From: Octopus vulgaris
Lineage: Eukaryota
Direction of reading: 5' to 3'
NCBI GenBank assembly: GCA_951406725.2
Contig: OX597830.1
Coordinates: 50,964,001 to 51,028,000 of the forward strand
Length of the DNA: 64,000 bases
Under the pieces are notes generated by a model that had not been told where the DNA came from, did no database searches, and was given only the letters and a program-made list of their open reading frames with translations. Of the stretch, positions 55,630 to 64,000 are shown piece after piece (position 1 is the first letter of the stretch; each line of letters starts with the position of its first letter). Both the position numbers and the translations under genes were made by a program.

Positions 55630-55894
55630 TGTGGAGGTGACCGCAAGATATATTGCTTACAACAATGAACGTAAAACTTAAACTATATTTCTTCATTTTT
55701 GAACATAATATAGTTTGATAAGAACAATTCAAAATTTCTAATTAAAAGTTATTTAATTAATAGTGATATAACGATGAGGTTATCGGTCAAAGAAATAATC
55801 AAAAGTAGCAGATGTGTTGAATGCCTGGTCTCATTAGGGTTTATAAACGAGTGCAGCTGCAATAAACATCAAGAACAATAACAATGCTTTCTAC

Positions 55895-56545
55895 TATAGA
55901 CACGAGACCTAACACTTTAGAGTGAGGGGCTAATTGATTATATTGACCCCAAAGCTCAACTCGGGAATATTTTCGGAAAGGATGAATGCCAAATTAGACT
56001 TCAGCGTATTTTGAACTAGGATCCAAAGCCGGAAAAAATGTAGATAAGCATTTTGTTCGACATGCTAAGTAGTCTGCCGGCTCGCTGCTTTATAATAATT
56101 GTGGGTTTTTTTCAAATTTTGGCAGAAGGCTACCAATTTTCGGGCAAGGGGCAAATAGATTACATCGACCGCAGTGGTCAACTGGTACTTATTTTATTGA
56201 TCTCAGAAAGGGATTAAGGCAAAGTCGGCCTCGGTGGAAATTGAACTGAGAACGTAAGGTGGAAGAAATACCGCTAAGGATTTTGTTCGACGTGCTAACT
56301 ACTTTGCCATCTCACCGCCTTATAATAACCTTTTTCATTGTGGATATAAGGAGTGAAATTTGGGAGAGGAGCTAGTCGATTACATCGAACCCAATACACC
56401 ATTGGTATTTATTTCATCAACTCCTACAGGATGAACGGTAAAGTCAACCTCTGGCGGATTTCGATGTTAGAACGTAGTGACGGATGAAATGACGCTAAGC
56501 ATTTTTCTCGGCGTGCTAACGATTCTGCCAGCTCGCCGTCTTGCC
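55895..56545 (-). mobile_element. Three head-to-tail degenerate SINE family B copies
   Basis: Units of ~215-225 bp ending near 56090, 56322 and 56540, each with ...GTGCTAA...TGCC..CTC.C.GC followed by TTATAATAA. Confidence 0.75.
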
Positions 56546-56769
56546 GACTTATAATAAGGAAGTAAATAACTTATAACATATGCGATACGGTAGATCGCAG
56601 TGACAAGGATACTTGCATATCATTATTTTCGTCTCCATGTGATGAAAGACAAAGGAAATCTCAATGGGACTTGAACGAAATAACTGAAGACATAAAATAC
56701 ACTTTCTGATAATTTTGTGAACACTACAGCCGAACCAATGGTAGTGGTAGCAGCACCAACAGCAGCACC

Positions 56770-56818
<49 letters not shown>

Positions 56819-57099
56819 AAAGACGAAACAGAATTTAGGTTTGCGGTGGGTGTGTTAGGGCGAGTGGGTGGCATAAAAAGTATACAATGTAATGTTTTTA
56901 AATGCATTCTATTCAAAATTTCAATGAAAGAGAGAGAGATAGAGGGGCGGGAGAAGAGATCGGAGAGATGGAGAAAGGGGAGGGGATGGGAGGGGAGAGG
57001 GGGAAGAACAAGGAAAATGTGACATCGGTGCATATATCTCAATATTTATTTCCATAATGTCAATTGAGATCATACAAATATAGTCATACGAATGAATAT

Positions 57100-57148
57100 T
57101 CATAACATACATACGTAAATATATGTATGTATATATGTATATATGTGT

Positions 57149-57183
<35 letters not shown>

Positions 57184-57683
57184 AACATACATATATGTAT
57201 GTCTATATACATAGACATACATATGTGCATATATGTATGTATATGTATGTATATTTACTCATATATATGAACACATCTATACATACATATGCGTATGTTT
57301 CAATGTACATGTGTATAATTTGATGTACGCTTCATTGTATAACTATGTACATATACAGATTAGTATAACTGTATACATACATATCATACATATATATATA
57401 CATATGTATGCACGTATGTATGTATCTATCTTTATCTACACACACACACACAAACACCACAACACACACATATGAATAAAAAATGGAGTTAACGCAGGTA
57501 TAAACAAATATTTTTACTTTCGACACATGTTTCGAAAATTGTTAACAAGGTAAAAATACACTCATCTATTTATTTACCTCTATTATGTATTGTAGTATAT
57601 AGGCATTTATATATATATATATATATATTTATTTATTTATAATTTATGTGAATGTGTGTGTTTGTATATATGAGTATTTGATG

Positions 57684-57724
<41 letters not shown>

Positions 57725-57810
57725 ATGGTATGAGGCGAAACAGCCTGCTGCTAGCCCTCTTATTTACTTTACTATATATATATATGCACATATATATATA
57801 TATATATGTC
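57100..57810. repeat. (TA)/(CA) low-complexity region
   Basis: Direct reading. Confidence 0.85.
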
Positions 57811-58419
57811 TGTAGTAATATCAACAATAATCCTTGGATGGCATTTACAAAGATATCTTAATGCATCGCTACGCGCGTTTCCCCAATTAGTATATGTTCC
57901 TTAAGATTACAGTCCGTATTCCAGGGATGATTACAGTCCCTAGTATCCATGGACATCATGTAGACCACGATCATGCATTCATTCCATCCAGTGATTGTTC
58001 TTGTTATTACAATATTTATCCTACATTATATAGACATAGTTCCATGCGACACCTAGCAATTGGTATCGCCATTTGGCATCACTAAGCTGTAGCCAGCATA
58101 ATACAATAGGAGCTTTTATATTCATATTCAAAACTTTTCCTGTATACTAACTTAAAGGATATGTATGTGTGTGTGTGAGCGTGCGTGTGTTAGTGTTTAC
58201 ACGAAATATTTAGTGCATTCCAGAAGTTTTGGGATTTTTTGAGAAAGGTAATTATAACTGTTCTAAAATTTTGTAATTTTGCTATGTCATTATTATACCT
58301 CTAATAAGCTAATTTTGCAATTATTTTTTTTCAGAATGAATGAGATATCTGTAACAGCTCTTTGAACACAGCCTACTAAATGCTGTTTGTCACAAATATC
58401 TAGCTTTCTGAATGTTGCT

Positions 58420-58500
58420 GTTATAGAAGACACGCACCTAAGGTGCCGTGCAGTGGGACTGAACCCGAAACCTTGTGGCTGGTAATCATCGAACAGCTGC
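58420..58500 (-). mobile_element. SINE family A head fragment
   Basis: ATAGAAGACAC...AAGGTGCCG.GCAGTGGGACTGAACCCG. Confidence 0.7.
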
Positions 58501-58524
58501 TCGTACACACACACACACACACGC

Positions 58525-58588
<64 letters not shown>

Positions 58589-59253
58589 GCGTTTATTTGT
58601 GTGTTCGTGTTTCTGTGTGCTGGAGGTTTTAATACGTGGATGTCACAGTGCTACGGGAAACCTTACAAAATAGCCGCGTATTAGGATAAATCCGGTAAGC
58701 CCATTAAGGTATAAGCACTTGAAATCCCATTAAAGTTTATGAATCCATCTCTAACGTTCAACAATGAGGATACAATTGTTCGATCCATTCAATAATTACC
58801 TCCTGAATGAACTCGGTTGAGAGACCCGTGTACAATTAACATAAATCAGAATGAAAGAATTTGTAAGAAGACTCTACCTTCTTATTAACAAGTACAATCC
58901 ATTCAGAGGACTTCTGCTCAGCTTCTGTGCAACCTTTTTTACTCAAATTCGTGGGGATAATGGATGTGAGGCTTTAGAAAATTACATATAACCAGAATCG
59001 TGGAATCGAGCGTGGAATCGAGCCCGGGTGTTATGGTTGAAGGGAACTTCTTAACTATCCCATCATACATGAATATACACTCGCGCGCACACACACCCAC
59101 TCACACATATATATGTACATATGTCTATATATATATGTAGAAAGTTATGTATATATATATATATATATACACATACATGCATATACATGTATGTATATAT
59201 ATACACATATATATACGTGTACCTACTTATACATATAAATATATATATATGTG

Positions 59254-59322
<69 letters not shown>

Positions 59323-59520
59323 CATATATAGATATATGTGTGTGTATATATATAGAGAGAGAGAGAAAGGGTGAGAGAGAGAGTGAGAGAGAGAGAGGTT
59401 ATGAAAGGCAATAGTGGGAATAAGACCCAAAGGTGTCAGGTAATGCTGAGTAAGTGCTATGGACAGACCATAGTTAAGCTCCAGTTTCGGTGATTATGCG
59501 AATAAAGAGTCCAACGTAGG

Positions 59521-59585
<65 letters not shown>

Positions 59586-59591
<6 letters not shown>

Positions 59592-59812
59592 TAATTAGAG
59601 ACAAAACCACTATTAGGCAAATCAAACAATGAAAAACTTAAACCAATACATAAGATTATTTAATTTATATTATTTAAATATAAAACAAATTTATTAAAAA
59701 AATATAATTAATATCACACTACGATCGTTTCATGCCTGCTAACATCTTCAAATTTTTGAGTCGCAGTCATTCATCAGGTGGTTTAAATATCTATCTTGGC
59801 GAGGTTTAAACA
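59586..59812 (-). mobile_element. Solo Penelope pLTR-like element between two (TA)n tracts
   Basis: ~225 bp unique segment flanked by (TA)n; intact hammerhead core near its 5' end, then AATAAA and an AT-rich 3' part. Confidence 0.7.
59717..59780 (-). ncRNA. Minimal type-I hammerhead ribozyme motif with intact core
   Basis: CAC-CTGATGA-ATGACTGC...GCAGGCAT-GAAAC-GATC-GTA-GTG; palindromic ACGATCGT in place of stem III. Confidence 0.78.
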
Positions 59813-60928
59813 ATATATATATATATATCTTGCTATTTATCTATCTGTCTGTCTCTCTGTCTCTCATTCTCTCTGTCTATCTATCTTTATCCTGCTCTGT
59901 ATGTTTATATATATTCATTAACATTTTGCTTATTTCTTTGATTTACTATCTTGTTTGGTGTCGAAAAACCCTAGTTTTGAAATCTGACTAAAATTTATGG
60001 ATATATAAATGGATGTATGTTTTTGTGTGTGTATTCATATATGTGCATGTATATATGTATACGTATGTGTATGTATGTATGTATGTATATACTTACTCAT
60101 GCATATATGTGTGTGTTGGTGTATGTGAGTATAGAGACACGTGTGTATTGTTCACTCGTTTACGTTTGTTTAAAAATGTAAACACGTACTTGGCATTTAA
60201 TCATAGTTTCAGCTGTAATAAATCTAATTTAGTATATGCGTATGTGTTGGTGTGCTTGTACATGTTAACGTGTGTGTATTTCCCCGTGTGTGTGTGTGTG
60301 TGTGTGTGTATGTGTTAGTGAGTGTATAATTGAATATATATATATACAATAAATATACGTGTGTTATTGTGTACAGTTTTAAATCATGATACAAACAGAT
60401 AATGTTTGCAGTCCTTGTGTACGTGTGTGTATTTTTATAGAACAGATTTCATAAAAGAAACGTGTCATTGAATTGAAAAGCAAAGATATTTATTTGATGA
60501 AATGAAAGTAAAATTTCGCTCTTCAAAAGGTAGAATGTATTCATTTGTTTGTTACGGCTTACACTTCTGAATTTCCTGGTAGAAAAATTTTCAGACATTA
60601 TTTTACAACACCAACCGCTTCTCGATTCCCTCAAATATCCTTCGAATCATTCTCTTGAGGAAAAAAAATAAAGAAAAGAAAAGACACATTTGACAAGTTA
60701 GTCCGAGTTAGAAACTTCTTGGCGAAAAACGGGGTGATCGCCGTAAAGTAATCCTTTGTACATGAGCATTCTTAATCAAGCCTTACTTGAGTTTAAAATT
60801 TGATATTTACAATAGTATAATTAAATCCACGGGCTAGCGGCAAGAACTACGTTCGACACTGTTTTCTGTGAGTTGTCAGTAATATCGTTCAATTCATTTC
60901 AATCCTAAGCGCTTATATTTCTATCTGT

Positions 60929-61158
60929 TATTTCTTTACTACCCACAAGGGGCTAAACACAGAGATGACAAACAAGGGCAGACAAACGGATTAAGTTGAT
61001 TATATCGACCCCAGTGCGTAACTGGTACTTATTTAATCGACCCCGAAAGGATGAAAGGCAAAGTCGACCTCGGCGGAATTTGAACTCAGAACGTAACGGC
61101 AGACGAAATACCGCTAAGCATTTCGTCCGGCGTGCTGACGTTTCTGCCAGCTCGCCGT
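60929..61158 (-). mobile_element. SINE family B, full-length young copy
   Basis: Near-exact reverse complement of 54536-54756 plus the head GGCGAGCTGGCAGAAACGT. Confidence 0.92.
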
Positions 61159-62108
61159 CTTCCATCTCTTTCCACACAATACTTTCCCTCAAAGCAAATG
61201 TACAAAACGTCTTCAATAACAAGAGATTTGGGGTCAGTTGCTCTTACCAGGGTAACCTGGATTTCTTTTCAGATCATATACTACAGCCGAAAACAGAAAT
61301 ATTCAATAGTGAACATGCAGCGGTGTAAGGTCACTGTAACTGTCAAGTCAGAAGATCTTGCATATCTAAAGCTATTATGTTCGGATCGTTAATAACGCCA
61401 AGACGTATTTATATTATTTTCACTCATTCAGATTAAGGGACAAAATTAATTATACATTTCCTAATTCTTTCGGAAACTCAAGGACAATATCAAGAGCGTA
61501 TGAATAATTGCCAACCATAAAATCCCACCATGCATCATTGTATCGCGAAGCTGTAAGATGCGCTTAACAGAACATTTCCAAATATAAAAAATAACCTTGA
61601 TATCACGTAACTGGAGACTTCAGTTTACGTCGAGTTGTCTTCACTAGGAAAATTGTCTTTTGGATAGCTTGCACGCAACCGTGAGTTAAATGTATGTATG
61701 TATGTATGTATGTATGTATGTATATATGCAGATCACAGCTAGAAGCTTTACCATCATATGAAGCAAGTTTATGGGTCTAAGAGATCCACATAAGCTCCTT
61801 TGTTTTCCATTTACTAAATCAACAGAAATCACAGGTCGTTTGATTGGACACTTTTCTGAACTCTGAAACTATAAGTCAGTTGTGGACGAAACAGAGATTG
61901 ATACTATGCAACAAAGACCTATCATTGGCTCTTTAAATTCCACTCAGACGTTCTTGCTCCCTAGATGATGAAATATCTTTCAGGCTGCAGAGAGCAACGT
62001 AACAGCAGTCGAAATACGGTTACGCATTTCGCCCGGCGTGCTAACGATTATGTCAGCTCGCCGCCTTTGATATTGTACCAAAATTAAAAAGAATTGTTAA
62101 AAGCAGTA

Positions 62109-62490
62109 GGAGCACTCCGTCGGTTGCGACGATGAGGGTCCCAGCTGGAACGATCAACGGAACAGCTTGCTCGTGATATTAACGTGCAAGTGGCTGAGCA
62201 CTCCACAGACACGTGTACCCTTAACGTAGTTCTCGAGGAGATTCAGCGTGACACAGAGTGTGACAAGGCTGGCCCTTTGAAATACAGGTACAAGAGAAAC
62301 AGGAAGAAAGAGCGAGAGAAAGTTGTGGTGAAAGAGTACGGCAGGGTTCACCACCACCCCCTGCCGGAGCCTCGTGGAGCTATAGGTGTTTTCGCTCAAT
62401 AAACACTCACAATGCCCGGTCTAGGAATCGAAACCACGAACCTCCGACCGCGAGTCCGCTGCCCAAACCACTGGGCCATTGCACCTCCAC
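62109..62490 (-). mobile_element. SINE family C, full length with 13-bp TSD
   Basis: TSD GTTAAAAGCAGTA at 62096-62108 and 62491-62503; homologous to 55246. Confidence 0.93.
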
Positions 62491-62504
62491 GTTAAAAGCA
62501 GTAA

Positions 62505-62700
62505 GGAGGAGACGAAAAGGTGCAATCGTTAGCGCGTCGAAAAACATGATTAGAATGATTTCTTTCGATTCTTTAGGTACTGAGTTCAAATTCTGCAGGA
62601 GCTGGCTTTAACTTTCACCCTTTCAAGGTCGATAACATAATAACAGTCATGTGCTGGAGAATCGATATAATCGACTTTCCCTCCAAATTGCTGAATTTGT
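62505..62700 (+). mobile_element. SINE family B, degenerate
   Basis: ATCGTTAGCGCG...CTGAGTTCAAATTC...CTTTCA.CCTTTC..GGTCGATAA...TCGATATAATCGACT. Confidence 0.65.
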
Positions 62701-63275
62701 AGCAAAATTAGATAGAATTATTTGAAGTAGCAAGCCGACGGCCCTTGCACAAACAGTGTTTAAACAAGTGTTTCGTTCTTGTTGTGACCAGAAAAGGAAA
62801 TATTTAAATGAGTTAATCATTGACAAGTTTAGAGGAATGTCACGTGACATCGTCCAACATTGAGCAGATGGAGATAAATAGCTTGCTTCATTCATTCATT
62901 ATGGAAATATTATTTGTATCATTTAGTTGGTCAGTGTAAATTCCTGTCGTGTAAACGAATATTACCTCTCACGCTATGGAGACGTGAATTATTAACAGAA
63001 TCTCTGTTATGGCAGTGATTAATATAGTCAGATATCGATTCTCAATGTCTTTGATATATTTTAGATGTGATATTAGGAATATTTGGATGGGAATTGTGTA
63101 ATAACCTAAATGCCAATCATGGAATAATGTCGTTTGCGTCTATCTGTTTCTTTATGGCGGGGGAACCACTTAATCACGGCATTCATTGTCTGTTTAGCAT
63201 GTTGCAGCATACATAGCTAGCAAATGATCGAGTCGTTAGCACACACATACATACATATATACATACATAGACACA

Positions 63276-63309
<34 letters not shown>

Positions 63310-63554
63310 CATACATGCATAGAGACACGCATAGATGCATTCACACACACATATACTTGCAAATGTTCACACATATATTATTATTTTAGTTATATATATT
63401 TTTGACGACATGAGAGTTATGTAAACTTTCGAGAGAACGTGAAATAGTTGTTTTTTGTTTTGTTTCGTTTTGTTTTGTTTTTGGTGGAGAGGTGGAGATA
63501 ATAGTGGTCCTTGAATGTACATCACATGCAGCTGAAAAGAAAAATAAGTCGGGG

Positions 63555-63759
63555 ACAAGAAACAAGAGGAAAGAGTGAGAGAATGTTGGGGCGAAAGAGT
63601 ACAACATGGGTCGCCACGCCCACCCACCCTCTGCCGGAGCCTCATGGAGCTTGAGGTGTTTTCGCTCAATAAACACACACAACGCCCGGTATGGGAATCG
63701 AAACCACGATCCTCCGACCGCGAGTCCGCTGCCCTAACCACGGGGCATTGCGCCTCCAC
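63555..63759 (-). mobile_element. SINE family C, head and body lacking the normal 3' tail
   Basis: GTGGAGGCGCAATG...GGTTTCGATTCCC...GTTTATTGAGCGAAAACACC; diverges from the other copies below ~63555. Confidence 0.85.
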
Positions 63760-63960
63760 TGTTGTTGCTGCTGTTGCTGTTGCGGTTAGATTTACTGTTG
63801 CTAGTGTTTCAGTCGTTGTTGTAACTGCTGTAGGATTTTTTATAGCTGTTGCTGCTTCTGTTATTCCTGGTTTGCAATTATAATTACTGTTGTTATTCTT
63901 GCAGTTGTTATTGCTACTGTTGCTGCTGCTGCTGCTGTTGTTGTTGTTGTTATCGTTGTC
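63760..63960. repeat. Degenerate (TTG/CTG)n repeat
   Basis: Direct reading. Confidence 0.8.
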
Positions 63961-64000
63961 ATTTCACTCCAGCTCAGCTATTATTTTCAAGACCTATAAT

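Overview
This is AT-rich, microsatellite-dense eukaryotic non-coding DNA (intergenic or a large intron). The mix of (TA)n/(CA)n/(AAT)n tracts and tRNA-derived SINE families suggests an octopus-like cephalopod genome, but that is inference. I find no host protein-coding exon. Nearly all listed ORFs are microsatellite translations or transposon debris. Recognisable elements are a full-length decayed Tc1 (DD34E) with TIRs, a decayed hAT Buster/Charlie transposase split by a SINE, mariner and MITE fragments, and RTE, CR1 and many R4/Dong-type LINE fragments. There is also a gag-only (ORF1, CCHC) Tx1/L1-like element bracketed by a structured 70-bp GC-rich tandem repeat, two Penelope-like GIY-YIG fragments and more than 20 SINE copies. 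The most striking unannotated signal is a set of minimal type-I hammerhead-ribozyme motifs (about seven clear, several decayed) in short non-coding elements. They fall into (i) long-arm foldback elements in (TA)n with the hammerhead in the spacer, (ii) a head-to-head palindromic element joining a tRNA-like Pol III head, an (AAT)n tract and a hammerhead tail, whose (AAT)n tracts have been hit by R4/Dong LINEs, and (iii) solo pseudo-LTR-like pieces. All alignments, translations and folds were done by eye.
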